A stretch of DNA of 64,000 nucleotides from Lama guanicoe (taxonomy: Eukaryota), in assembly GCA_013239625.1 (NCBI GenBank), contig MU053881.1, positions 5,541,957 through 5,605,956 on the forward strand, written 5' to 3'. The notes under the pieces were generated by a model. The model saw only the letters and a list, made by a program, of their open reading frames with translations. It was not told the origin of the DNA and searched no databases. This document shows, in pieces, positions 1-12,729 of the stretch; within the stretch, counting starts at the first letter, position 1; each line of letters starts with the position of its first letter. The position numbers and the translations under genes are program-made.

Positions 1-1069
1 ATAAAGACTCTCTGCAGTCTAACCACTCATTAAGCTGTGGGGATGTTTCAAAGTGTTTGGCAAACTTTACTCAGGGCGCCCTTTGTGCAGACCACCACCA
101 GCACCCCAGGCTTCTGCAGTGGCTTTCCAAATTTAGAACTATACTGGGTGTTTGCCTGCTGCTCAGGAAGGGATGGAAACTCCTCAACATGGACATTCTC
201 TGTAGGGATAAGGACGGTTGGAGTGTGACATTCTTTGAGACTCGAGTTACTGTAACAAGCGTTGTAGACTGCCCACCCCTCAAGCACTCTCCGTTTGGAA
301 ACCCACTAAGTAGACTCAGATAAAATGTAACTGCCCTGGAGACAGTTAACAGTGGCAGGTAAAAACAGACCGGATGAGAATGATGGTGATCAAAGAAGAC
401 TTCAGTTTGTTTGTTTTTGCGAGGGAGATAGGCAGGAAGACTTCAGTTCTATGTATACTGAGCTTATTTAAAAAAAAAATTGGGGGGAAATTAAGCATAA
501 TAAAGTTTTTGGTTAATAGGCAAATATATCTGAAGAGCCTTCATGAAGCATGTGATAAATAAGTCCCCGAGGAGCCCTTCTCCCAGCCCTGTAACCCTGG
601 CCGGTTTGTGGATCTCGGTGGGGCAGAGTCCCTGGGAAGCAGGAAGCAAGCCGGGGAGCCTGGGCCTCCAGGGACTGGCCACGGTCGCAACGGCGTAGCG
701 CTTCCCGCGCTAGGAGGCAGCACCGCGCCGAGGAAGCTGCACTGGATCCGCCAGCAGGATCTGTAGCCCGGGGCTGGTGCCCTCGCCTGCCGGGCGCCCC
801 TACCTGAAAAGTGGGCGCGAGCAAAGCAGCCTCGCTGAGGAGTTGCGGGGCAGACTCAATGATTAATGCGGGTACGCCTTCTAGGTCTTTGGACAACAAT
901 CAGTGGGCGCTCGAGAAAAATCAATGCGCTTCCCCTCTCGAGCCCACAAAACTTTTGGGAGCCACGAGACGCGGTGGGCCTCCCAGTCCCGGGATGGTCC
1001 CGCCGAAAGGTCCCCTAAAGCTCTCCAAAGCCTAGTCCTTAGCTCGCGGGCGCGCTACGGCGCGCGGGG

Positions 1070-1095
1070 GACTACAGTTTCCAGAGTGCCCTGCG
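1070..1095 (+). promoter_or_regulatory. ZNF143/THAP11 (SBS, ACTACA...TCCCA-type) promoter motif
   Basis: GACTACAGTTTCCAGAGTGCCCTGCG closely resembles the recalled consensus RACTACAnnTCCCAnnATGCnnnGCG and lies about 30 nt upstream of the CCAAT box. Confidence 0.65.
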
Positions 1096-1413
1096 GCGAC
1101 GGGCGGAGCCCGGAGCGCCCGCAGCCAATTAGGGGGTCTCCGGGCGCTGCGGGAGAGCGGCAGGTGGAGCCGGGCGGGTGGGCGGGCGCGGGGCCGGGTC
1201 CCGGGAACGCGTCCGGGAGCTTGCGGGCTGGGCGGGGGCTCGGCTTGAGCGCGGCCGGCATCAGGAGGCGGCCCGGGGACGGGACCGAGCGGGGGCGGGG
1301 ACCGCGGCTGCGGCCGCCTGCGCGGTTCCGGGTGCTCCCGCTGCGCGCAGCCCAGGGCGCACTTGACCTGGGTCGGGCTGCGGGAAAGGGCGGGTCTGGG
1401 GAGAATCCCCTAG

Positions 1414-1857
<444 letters not shown>

Positions 1858-2744
1858 TGAGTCCCTGCGCGCCAGACGCCTCCTCTGGGCAGGGCTGCTG
1901 CTCCCGAGCTAAGTTTCTGAGCACTTCCTGTGCGCCCCGCACGGCTCTCGGCGCCGCAGGGGGAGACAAAGGGGAGCTTACAGGACTTTAGCATCCGAGA
2001 CGAGACATCCGCGGTAAACCTGTGATACTAGGAATACTTTTAAGAGATGCCACCCAGATCCTGGTGAGAATACCGAAGCGATGGAGATAGAGAAGCGCAA
2101 CTGCATCTGGAAGGGTTGAGGCCGGTTAAGCTGGGGACACATCTGAAGCCAGAGACAGGAGAGACAGGAAAGGGTGGGAGGTCTCCAGAGAGGTGAGGCT
2201 TGGAAATGTGGGTTGGGCAGAGGGGGGAGGTCAAAGCCTCGTGAATCCTGCGCTTCAGGGATCAGATTTGATTCTGTAGATGAGTCACAGCTGGGGAGTC
2301 TCAGACTGCAATCACCTTTCCCCTAGAGGAGTGGAAGCCGGAGAGCATTTGTGGAGGGGTAGGTGGGGCAGAGTGGATTAATTCTAGACACGTTTGCAGC
2401 AGGTCAGTGTCTAGTTCCTGCTCCACAAACCAGGTTTGTGAACAAATTCTGAGTTGCTGAGTCCTACTGGGCACCCAAACACTTAGAACTTGACACCGCC
2501 CTTTCAGTGATGTTTCCTCCAGGAAACCGTTTACTGAGAGAAACCGACATGTTAAGCTTGTGGTACCTCCAGAGGGTCACCTCCTTCCTGAGCCACCATC
2601 ACCCTCTTTGGGGGCGCTTGTGGCTTATAGACGACTCTGACCCCAAGATTGCCCTTTTAGGAGGCTAGACCACAGAGAGGGCTTCTCTACCCTCCCCTGG
2701 TCAAGACGTGCTCTCTTTGCCTTGAAAGTATCCAAGAGCTTAGC

Positions 2745-2912
2745 TACCAAAATGTAGTCCTTGGACGGGTACCATCAGCATCTCTGGGGAGCTGGCCAGA
2801 AATGCAGAATCTCAGGCCTCAGCCAGACCTACTTAATTAGGATCTGCATTTTAACAAGCCCCCCCACCCCAGCTGGTTGTTAAGCACATTAAGTTTGAGA
2901 AACACAGTTCTA
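2745..2912. mobile_element. MER5A-like hAT-Charlie DNA transposon relic
   Basis: Diagnostic strings AGAAATGCAGAATCTCAGGCC, CTGCATTTTAACAAG, AAGTTTGAGAAAC. Confidence 0.75.
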
Positions 2913-5248
2913 GAGGCAATTTTGAGGCCAACCAGGCCCATCTGGATGCCTGTTTTGTTACCTTACAAACTTCTCTCTGAGCCGGCACTTCCTGTTAGAG
3001 GGTAGAACCCCCACTGAGCAAAGGTTTTGTGGTTGGAGAGGCCAGCCTCTGTAACACTCATACCCGTGGCTCTCTGCTGCCTGAATTTGCTGCCCTTCTC
3101 TGCCTGAGGGTTTGCACGTCTTGGAGGGTAGCCAGCGTATTCTTCACTCACACGTCTTTTCTTTACCCTTCTCAGAGCTGCATCTTCCTCCCAGTGGCTC
3201 CAGGAAGCTGTCCTCAGCCTTGCGGCTCTCCCTGGACACCCTGCCAGTGTCCTTGCCTTCCCCGGGTGGAGCATGCTCTTCCAGGCGTGCTCTGACCACG
3301 ATGAGGGCAGCTGGACCCTTGACCAGCTCCTCATATCCTCCACTTTCTCCAGAAGGTTCACTCGGTGTTTTTAGTGCGTGCTGCTGGATCTCACTAGTGG
3401 TTGTTCTCTGTTAGGGGCTGGCTTTCAATTGCAGTCTTGTCTCTGTCCCCTAATGCATCCTGGCTTCATATGATTCATTTTCTTTCAAACCTAAATGCAG
3501 AACTTTGCTTCTAGGCTGGTAAGATTTCCCCTTGTCAGTTTCGATTGTCATTTCTGCCTGCTTTAGCCCCCAGAACTCCCCTGTACTACCCTGGAAGTTT
3601 CATGCAAAGGAGCCCATCTGATTCACAAGTTATTTTGTCTCCTCCTGGTTCTCCAGGGCACATGGACCCTTTTGAAAGTGAGTCTAGTGCTCAAAGCTGT
3701 GAGCTGACTGCACCACAGCTCACGACCCCCCCCCCCAAACCTATGATTTTCTCACAATTAAAACAAGAGAAAGCTAGACTAGGAGAGCTGTGTGATGGCT
3801 GATACACCTGGACAATTCATTATGTTACTTGCCTGGCTTTAGTGTGTGACCCTCTGATCTAACTCAGCCTCGTGTTATGTGCAAGAACACCCAGGCCCAG
3901 GGAGAGGAGGGACTAGAACTTGAGGCTCTGGGCTGAGTTTCCAGCTGAGGAAGACCCATCTTGGATCAGAGATCGCTGTGACTGGTCTCTCCCACCCTGG
4001 AGAGGTGCTGTGTACTCAGCCCCTTCTGGTTGAAGCTGAAGCAGGTATTCCTTTACTAAAGACTCTAATCTTGGACCATAACTTCTTCCCCACTTCAGTG
4101 TTCTCAGGCATGGCCATCTTGGCAGCAGAGGCCAGAAGTTCTGCCTAGGTGGTGGCCGCGACCAGAACTTCCATTTTGACAGGGCACCTGGGTAACCAGT
4201 TGGCGGTGAGCTGGGGAAGGGATGGCCGGTACCATCTCCTCTTCCTGTCCTAGATCTGGCAGGTTTTTTTCCTGGCAGCCTAGGCAGTGAAGGCCTTCCT
4301 GAGGATTTCCCTGGTGTACGAAGCCATAAGAAATCCCAGTTTGTCAGAGGCTTGTCAGGATCGGACTCTCAGTACGGATTTCCAGACGAGCGTCTTGCAG
4401 AGGCTCAGAACCTAATAAACATGAGCAGCCTCACGATAAGGAGCCTCTTTTTCTTTCTTCTCCTTGATAAACCATCAGTTGATCTCGGGAGAAAAAAGGG
4501 AGCGTAGGATTGATTTTTGCGCAAAGTCAATTTGATTCTCAAATCGATTTCCAAAGAAAATGGTCTCGATTTCATTACTAGATACAAAGTAAAAGTCATA
4601 AGCTATATAGTTTCAAAATTCTTGTCGTTAAAAATAATCTTGATTCTGAAGACAGGATGGAAAGGGAAGTGTTTGATACAGTGTTTAATGGAAAAAAGCT
4701 GCCTTGGGCAGGGTGTGCTGGCTCTCATAGCTGTGGGTGAAACAGGTCCTTACATGCCGGACACAGACAGGGAGTGTGTGGTCGTGAAGATGGTTTTTCT
4801 GCTTCTTGAAAATTGCTTTAGTTGTGATCTTATGTTATCTTTATGCTTTTAAAAGGCTTATGATTTTGCAAAATTAGGAGTAAAGTACAAATTAAAAAAT
4901 AATTTTAATTAGAAAAGAAAAAAAATTACCCTGTCTCATCAGTTGCTGTTGATATTCTGATGTATTTCCTTCCAGGCTTAGTTGATTTTTATGGAGAAAA
5001 AGATTTTTTAGTGCAGGGTTTTGATCATGCCTACCTACAGCGTTTATGCCATCTTTCATTCTGAAAGCCTCATCCTGTATTATTCTAAATGCTTCGCACA
5101 TACCTTCTGGGATGCCTCAGTGTCCCCATGATCTTAATCTTCTTGGATATTTAAGGAATCCCTACACTTTTTTTTTTTTTACTAGTAAGTTAAAATTGAT
5201 TAAATGCATATCATGTGCCAGGCGCTATGCTTAGCCCTTTACATAATA

Positions 5249-6336
5249 CAGTTCTGCTGTAATGTAAATTTGCCTTCCTAAAAATCCCAGAACTGTGCAA
5301 AATTATGCAATAAAAATCAGAAGCCTTGTGAGAAAAATGGGGCTAAGGGCACAACACTCAAAAATGTCACCTGGAGCACGTTAGGAGGGAAAAAAAAAAA
5401 AGATAGGAACCTAAAAGCAAGCAGCACAGTTTACCCAGGTTTTGCAGATAAGAAACACAAAATTATTACAACTGCCAGCTAAACATTGGCACTTGCCACC
5501 TGCCTCTGCAAGGGCTGGGTCCCGTTGGCACTTGCCGTCCACCTCTGCTTGGATTAACTCGCGCGCTGCTGCAGCTGCCGACCTCCAACACACTCTGCAC
5601 GGAGTTCAGGGCTGAGATCAGGAATGCAGAGCTCCGTGCTCTGGGATAACTGGCAGAACAGGCCTTCAGATAGTTAGGTATTTTTCAAGAGAAGATTTAT
5701 GAGCCCAGATTCTTGCGTCTCCTCATATCTAGAAAAGCACTAAAATCATTAACAATGACGCCTGCTCCTCGTGACCAGCAGCAGCCTCTGCCTTAATTGT
5801 GTGCTTGACTGCACGTGCCCCCTTCACTGAAATCATATCTAATACTGAGTGTCCCCCCTGCCTCTTTGGAGCAGTTCCTCAGAGCTGTCTGGAATGCTGT
5901 CTCCCAGGCTACAGTCCTCATTTTTGCCCCCAATAAAACAACTCACGCTATGCTGTTTTATCTCAATCGATATAATAAATACGGCACTTTGCCAGGAAAG
6001 AGGCCTGCAGGCTGCTTGTGGCCGTGGGTGGGAAGGGTTGCAGCTTCTGAGGCTGTGGCAGGAGGGTTATCTGAGATCAGGTGGCCCCCAGATGGGGTGA
6101 GCATGGCTCAGAGGCAGCTGACAGAGGTGTGAGGTGTGTGCCTACGCCATTCCTGTGTTCTTTGGCGGCTCAGCCCACCGGGCTATGGTTTTCTGCATTC
6201 ACCTAGTGTTTCTGGCGGGCAAAACAAGACATAAGCCATTGCGAATTTAGTATTTTGATAAAATCATTCCCTAATACATCAGAGGTGTTGAAACAAAGTT
6301 GGTGTTTTTAAAGTAAGCGTTATAGGAAAGCTGATC
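5249..6336. mobile_element. Old Tigger-type (TcMar; Tigger13a-like) DNA transposon interrupted by an LTR
   Basis: Begins CAGTTCTGCTGTAA and ends AAGCGTTATAGGAAAGCTGA (degenerate TIRs). Internal TTTTCTGCATTCACCTAGTGTTTCT. Subfamily name is from memory. Confidence 0.55.
5464..5972 (+). mobile_element. ERV1-type solo LTR (cetartiodactyl family)
   Basis: Typical LTR strings CTCCTCATATCTAGAAAAGCACTAAAATC and GAGCAGTTCCTCAGAGCTGTCTG...CAGTCCTCATTTTTGCCCCCAATAAAAC. Decayed TG..CA termini and a possible 4-bp TSD AAAT/TAAT. Confidence 0.75.
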
Positions 6337-6478
6337 GGATATTGAAGAACAGCTTTGCTAGTAAAGTTCTTTTTTATATTTTAAATTATTTTTTTTTTTA
6401 GGCTAGACTCCCAGAAGGGAATTACTAGGTTGAAGGGGTGATGCCTCTTTGAGGGTAATTTTGAAAAGAAAATGAGAT

Positions 6479-7077
6479 CTATCTGGAGGAGACTCTAATT
6501 TGAAAAGATACATGCACCCCAGTGTTCACAGCAGCGCTACTGACAATAGCCATGACGTGGAAGCCACCTAAACGTCCATCGACAGGTGACTGGATAAAGA
6601 AGTTGTGGTGTGTATATACAGTGGAATACTACTCAGCCATAAAAAAGTGTAAAATAATGTCATTAGCAGCAACGTGGATGGACCTGGAGATTGTCATATT
6701 AACTGAATTAAGCCAGAAAAAGAAAGAAAAATACCATATGATATCACCTATATGTGGAGTCTAAAAAAATGACACAAATGAACTTATTTACAGAATAGAA
6801 ACAGACTCATAGACATAGAAAACAAACTTGTGGTTACTGGGGGGAAGTGGGTGGAGGGATAATTTGGAAGTTCTGGGTTTGTGGATATTGATTACTATAT
6901 ATAAGAAGGTAAACAACAAGGTCCTGCTGCATAGCACAGGGAACTATATTCAATAGCTTGTTATAGCCTATGATGAAAAAGAGTATATATATACATAACT
7001 GAATCACTATGCAGTACACCAGAAATTAACACAGCATTGTAAAGGGACTATACGTAATAATGAAAAAAATTTTAATT
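6479..7077 (+). mobile_element. 5'-truncated LINE-1 (ORF2 C-terminus + 3'UTR) with 15-bp TSD
   Basis: ORF2 C-terminal-like peptide (MFTAALLTIA..W..P..PS...WIKKLW...EYYSAIKK) and A-rich tail. Perfect TSD AAAAGAAAATGAGAT at 6464-6478 and 7078-7092. Confidence 0.9.
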
Positions 7078-8094
7078 AAAAGAAAATGAGATAATAGAGG
7101 CCCCCTTTGCCCTCACTAAGGGCCCGTCCTCGAGTCCTCTGGGACCCCACAGGAGCCCCGGGTCTTGGCAGTGACAGCCCTTGGAGTGGGAATGTCAGGT
7201 GCCCTTGGGCTCAGAGAGCCATTGTTAACTGGCATCCTTCAGATGCCACATCCTGCCCTGACGCCTGTTCAGACAAAGCAGAGGCCGGAGCCAGCTGTCA
7301 GGCCCTCCCACCCCCTCCCAGGCCAGGCCTTCTCCTTTCACCTCTTCTCTGTTCAAGAGTTTTAAAGCCTGGGTTTCCGCTTCCTACAGGGGCTGCTGGC
7401 TGCTGAGGGAGGTCTCCATCCCGTGCGCCTCCGCTCCTCCTCCGGAAAGAGCTCTGCTCCCAGGCAGTAACCTTATTTCCGCTCAGCCTAGTGTTTTTAA
7501 ACACAAGTCCATGCTATTGTGACTGGGTTCCTGGCTCAGTCCTAAAACCAAGGTGGCCCCAGCTTCCTGGGGATGTCTCCTGCCTGGGGGTGGGGGGGGG
7601 TCCACTTGGGTCTGGAGTGGCTGATTTAGCACCAGCCACACTGAGGCTTGCTCTGGCTGGTTCCAGAGCAGGCCCGGGTGAAGTGAGCTAAGCAACTAAC
7701 CATGCCGCCAGCCCCCACCTCCACCCGGGCTCCCCTGGCCTCTGGAGGTTACCTGGACCAGGGTGACAGCCCCAGGGACTGCCACCCCATGGCCCCCAGA
7801 AAGCAGCCAGATGGTCACTCCTAGGTGCTGCTGAGGGCAGTGGAGCAGGGGAGTTCAGGGAAGAAATTGGGGCCCAGTAGGGATCTGGGTTTCAACTCCA
7901 AATGAGTGATCCTCCATCTCTGAGCCTCAGGCTCTTGTCTGTAGAACGGAGGTGATAATTTGGAGGCCAGTGGAGGGCTGAGATGAACTAGGGAGGTGTA
8001 ATGCATTTTGGCAGCTGACCCCCACCCAGGAAGTGGGCAGGAAAGGAGGACAGGTCATTGTGGTTGACGCTCTTGGTATCAGGTGGAGAAGGTC

Positions 8095-8318
8095 CAGGCT
8101 CCCCGTCTTGGCACTGTTGACATCTGGGTCAGCTACGTCTTTGTTGTGGGGCCGTCCTGGGCGTTATGGGATGCTAGCGGCATCTCTGGCTTCTACCCAC
8201 AGGAGTACCACCACTGCCGGCACCTCCCCCTCTATCCCCTAGTTGGGACAGCCAAAAATGTCTCCAGACATTGCCACATATCCCCTGGGGGGCAAAATCA
8301 GTCCCGCGGAGCACTGCT
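8095..8318 (+). mobile_element. MER20 hAT-Charlie DNA transposon
   Basis: GGCACTGTTGACATCTGGG...CAGCCAAAAATGTCTCCAGACATTGCCACATATCCCCTGGGGGGCAAAATC matches the MER20 consensus. Confidence 0.85.
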
Positions 8319-9989
8319 GCCTCATACAAACAAACATGCCTCTATCCAGTTCAGCAAACAGTCCTTGTTCACCTGTGTGTGTCAAGTCCCTGGGTGGGTG
8401 ATGAAAGACTTGGGCCCTGCGTCCTGCCTGCCCCACACCCCCAGGGCCTGACCAGCCTCTTGTAGTGTGAGAGGGGAGCCATCTTTGGATGGTCACCAGG
8501 TGGGGGAGTGGCTCGCCCACAAAGTTGGGGGATGAGAGAGCCAGGCTTCCTGGCTGCCCAAGGCCAAGGTGGCCGTCGATGAGTGAAGGCTGGGACAGAG
8601 TGGCCATGCCTTGGTGGCTGGAGCCGGTTGGGGTGGGCGGGAAAGTCAGAGCTGTGGTTGGAGCCCGAGTCAGAGCCCAGGGAGGGGAAGTGCCTGATGG
8701 AAAGTGACCAGCCCAAGAAGGAGATGTTTTACGTGGGTGGGAGGCACTGAGGGTTCGAGACAGCGAGGCGTGGTGGTCAGCAAGCAAGGAGGGCGGAGAG
8801 GGTGAGGTGGGAAGGGACGCTCACGTTTCCCAGGGACCACGATTCCCAGGACGTTTCTCATGGTGCAGGGACTTGGATGCTTTCGCGGAGTCAAAGCCTG
8901 GCCCTCCCTCTGCAGGCTGTGTGATCCTGAGAAGAGTGTTTACCTGTGCCTCAGTTTCCGCAGAATGGTGACAGGAATGGTACCACCTCGTCGGGTTGCC
9001 TGAGTGTGAAATAACCCATGTAACCCCTTGGCCCAGGATGCTGGAAAAGCTCAAATAGGTGTCAGCCATTCGCAGGAGAAGTTGAGCACCTCCTCTGTGC
9101 CAGGCTCTGTGGGTTCCAAGGTGAAAAGGTGAAAGGAAGGGGAGCTGGGTGTTGCTCCTTTCTTATCTGTCCATCATTTATTCTCCTACTAGCCCCATGA
9201 AAGGCAGGGGTGAGTAGCCTCACCTGATGGAACAGAGGCCCAGAGAGATACAGTGACTTGCTGAGCGTCACAGCTCTTCCGTGGCAAAGTGGGGACTTAA
9301 ACCCACATATCTCTGGCCAGGAACCGGTGCCTTTTCTGCTGTCCACTATGGAGGGGAAGACAAAGGAGCTTGCTGGGCAGAGGGGGTCCGCGGCACTTCC
9401 GTGTGGGAGTGAGCGTTTGTGAGCCCAGGAACGTGACCCTTATTGGGAGCTGTCTTAGCCTCAGCTGTATCTGAGCACCAGGATGGCGGTGGTGGACTCC
9501 GATGCAGAGGAAGTGGTGATGGGCACAGGCAGGCCCAGCAGAGGAAGCGGCAGGGGAAGGGGGCGGGCGTCAGGGTGGGGAAGCTGGGTGCTCCTGGGGC
9601 CCTGGTGGGTGTGGGGCCGCTGGTGCCACAGCGTCCTAAGGTGCTGAGCCATCCTGTGCGCTGCTCCGGCAGGGCTGGAGGGGGGAGACCAGGGCAGGGA
9701 GGGACATGTCAAAGAGCTTTCCCCATCCCCCCTCCCGCCCCCTCATGCACTCAGTCACTCTTTCTCTTCCTCTTTCTCTCTGCCTTCCCCTTTGCTGCAA
9801 TTTTGTTACCTTCCTTCTCTTACAGCTTATTTTTTTCCCCCTCGTAGGCTATACCAGAACCAGAATTCAAGCTCTAAGACTGAGGGGTCGGGGGTGGGGA
9901 GTTAACCACTTTGCTGGTGACTAAAGAGTTAACAAGAGCCAGCCTCCAAGTCTAAGGAGGATGGGGGTCCCTGAGAGGCTTTGAAGGAA

Positions 9990-10312
9990 GCACACACAGC
10001 CCTTTCTGCCTCAGGACCTTTGCACTTGCTGTTCCCACTTCCTGCCACTCTCTTCCCATGACTCTGCATGCTGGCTCCTTCTCATCCTCTGGATCTCAAC
10101 TCCCGTCTCCCCTCCTGACCACAGTGACAGCTCCCTGCTGATTTCCTTCAAAGCTTCTGTTGCAAACTGGGATTCTCTTGTGTGTCTCCTTGCATATTTT
10201 CTTTCCTCTCTGGAGGAGGCAAGGTTCTGGAGAGCAGGGAGTTATCCATCTTTTATGGATAACAGGCCTGTGGTAGATACTCAGCTAATATCTGCTGAAT
10301 GAATGGATGGTG
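9990..10312 (+). mobile_element. L2 3' fragment
   Basis: CCTCAGGACCTTTGCACTTGCTGTTCCC ... ending TGCTGAATGAATGGATG, typical of an L2 3' end. Confidence 0.6.
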
Positions 10313-10384
10313 AGTAGTGACTGCCAGACCAAGGTCCCCCCTTTCTCTAGGCAGGCCAGCGCTGTGGTGACGCATGCAGGCACT

Positions 10385-10570
10385 GAAATCAGTTCTGAGC
10401 TTTCTACTAGCTTCATTGCCTGCTGTGTGACCTTGGGAAAGTCACCTCGCCTCTCTGAGGCTCGTATCTTGAGCTGTAAAATGAGGAGCACAAGAGGACT
10501 TCCCTTGGAGGATTTGTGCAGATTGAGATGTGTGTGGCCAGCCTTTAACACGGTGCCCAGCGTGGAGGGA
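10385..10570 (+). mobile_element. MIR SINE (one representative of more than 20 MIR fragments in the window)
   Basis: Core TGTGTGACCTTGGGAAAGTCACCTCGCCTCTCTGAGGCTC...CTGTAAAATGAGG. Similar cores near 8.9, 9.2, 11.45, 18.5, 19.5, 24.55, 37.4, 40.0, 44.7, 51.4, 54.0, 56.7 and 63.4 kb. Confidence 0.75.
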
Positions 10571-11602
10571 GGAGACGCGAAGGGGACTGTTGTCATTGTG
10601 ATGATGATTTGTGCCAGTGGACTAGCTCATCCGGAGGGTCAGATCCCCTTGAGGCCCCTTGCTCGTTGTGCCGGGGGCTGCTCCTGGGTAGACACTGGTG
10701 TGTCAAGTCCTGGGCTCGGCCTCAAGCTCACAGCTGTGTTGTGAGGATGAAGGTGATTCAGTGACAGCAAAGAAGGCTCCGTCCAGCCTTTGAGACATTC
10801 GCTGCTTTGGGAGGGCGGTCTCAGCTCCATGCACACCCCGTGGCCCGTCTGTCTAGGGAAGCTGAGGCCACCCTGGGTGGCCGGAAGAGCAGTGCTCGCG
10901 TCCTGGAGGGAGAAGCCAGTGCCGCTGCCCCATTTCCCTTCGCCCTCCTTCCTGGAAAGCTCCGGCCTGTCTGGTCTGGCAGCCCAGGCCCAGTTCTTGG
11001 CCCTCTGAGGCGGTTGCCACAAAGCTGGCTTTGTCACCCTGTGGAATGACCCCATCGGAGCTGGCACGCCTCTCTAGCCTTGAGAATCTTTCTCCCTTTG
11101 ATTTGCATCTTGGTGCGCTCTGGTGCCAGGTTGGGGAGGCTTTGCTCTTTCTCAACCCTCCTTCTCTCTTGAGCGCCTACTTTGAGGTGACAAGTGTTGC
11201 TGGGGCCAAGAGGAGGTGACTGGTGTGCCTCTGTCCACGAGGGACCTGGAGCCCCAGGTGCCGGTGCCGGCATCCCCGTCCAGAGCCGCTCATCTGTCTG
11301 AGGCCCGCCTGCCGGGGCAGCAGGGTGCACCTGCAGAGGACCCCAGGACCACTCTGTGCCTCCCGCCAGAGCTCTGCTCGGAGACTCCAGACTGGTGCTG
11401 CTTTTCATCCCACAAGTCCTAGGACGGCCCTTGTCATTGCTGCGTGGCCTTGGGCAAGTGATGACACCCCTCTGAGCCTCAGTTTCCTTTTCTGAAAAGT
11501 GGGGCTAATACAATTCCTCTTATAAGCAGGACCAAAGTGTCTTCACACCTGTAATCTTATGAGGCCAGCTCCCGGGGACACACAGCCACAATACAGCAGA
11601 GC

Positions 11603-11771
11603 TTTATTTTTTTTTTAACTTTTCTTTTTTTTTATAATTTTTTTTAATAGGGGGAGGTAATTTTAGGTTTATTTATTTGTATATGTTTTTTAAACAGAGG
11701 TACTGGTAATTGAACCCACGACCTTCATGCATTCTAGGCGCACACTCTACCGCTGAGCTATACCCTCCCCC
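11603..11771 (-). mobile_element. Camelid tRNA-derived SINE (vic-1-like)
   Basis: Minus strand reads GGGGAGGGTATAGCTCAGCGGTAGAG...GGGTTCAAT..CCAGTACCTC (Pol III A/B boxes), followed by AAATAAACCTAA..ACCTCCCCC and an A-rich tail. Confidence 0.85.
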
Positions 11772-12115
11772 AAATCTCAGGCTTTTGGACGCAGCACCAC
11801 GTGACCAGTATAGAGGGGCTGAGGAAGGGGATTGGTTAGATCTACGGTGGACCCACCAATCAGCCTGCAGTAATTGGAGGGGATGCTGTGGAAGAGCGTT
11901 TTGTGATCTGAAGGGCTGTTCATGACGTATTGCTAAGTAAAAAGGAAAGCGACAAATCAGTGTGTACAGTTGAATCCTGTTTTTATAAAGAGACAAAAAA
12001 AGAGTGAATGACTACGGGGCGCTCACTCCAGCCCAGCCCTGCTCTAAGCACCTTTGACATATTAACTCACCGAATGCTCACAACAGCCTGCGAACCAGGA
12101 ACTGCTAACATCTTT

Positions 12116-12190
12116 TTTGCTTTTTGGTTTTTTTAAATGGAGGTACTGGGAATTGAACCCAGGACCTAGCACATGCTAAGCATGGTCCCA
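12116..12190 (-). mobile_element. 5'-truncated camelid SINE with 12-bp TSD
   Basis: ATGGAGGTACTGGGAATTGAACCCAGGACC on +. TSD GCTAACATCTTT at 12104-12115 and 12191-12202. Confidence 0.8.
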
Positions 12191-12671
12191 GCTAACATCT
12201 TTATTGTACCAAGCAGGAAGGTGAGGGACAGAGAGGTCACATTAAGTCCCTGGGGACACACAGCTGGGAATAGTTACGGTGGGATTGCCAGACAAATCCG
12301 GGTACGTCTGCACCATGAAACACTGGGAGGAGGTGCTCAAGGTGCTGGAAGCGGTTATCTCTGGGACTAGCCTGGTTTGATTTTCTCCTTGGTACCGTTT
12401 TATTTTGAAGATGCTCTTGAACAAGTGCAGGATGCTTTTAGAGTAATGAAAAAAATAGCACCCACAGTACTGTGGATTGAAAACACAGGGCAACCTCAGC
12501 CTCTCTGAGATTTGGGGCCGACTGGAAAACAGGGTGGAGCACATGATCCCCCAGGCTGCAGTGAAGATTAAGTGAGGTGAGGCTTATCAGGTGCTAGGGT
12601 GGTGCAGGGAGCCAGGGTGGCCTGGAGAAAGGCGCCTCCTGCTCTCCCTCCCCTGTGCTGTCCCTCCCAGG

Positions 12672-12674
<3 letters not shown>

Positions 12675-12729
<55 letters not shown>
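12675..12729. repeat. Poly(C) homopolymer, 55 nt
   Basis: Counted directly. Confidence 0.95.

Noticed and set aside
6522..6764. 80-aa ORF and similar ORFs at 21787-22050, 40490-40705, 40965-41231
   Set aside because: Remnants of the L1 ORF2 C-terminus in truncated elements, not genes.
11695..11771. tRNA genes
   Set aside because: The tRNA-like A/B boxes are SINE heads followed by SINE body, A-rich tails and TSDs. They are not standalone tRNAs.
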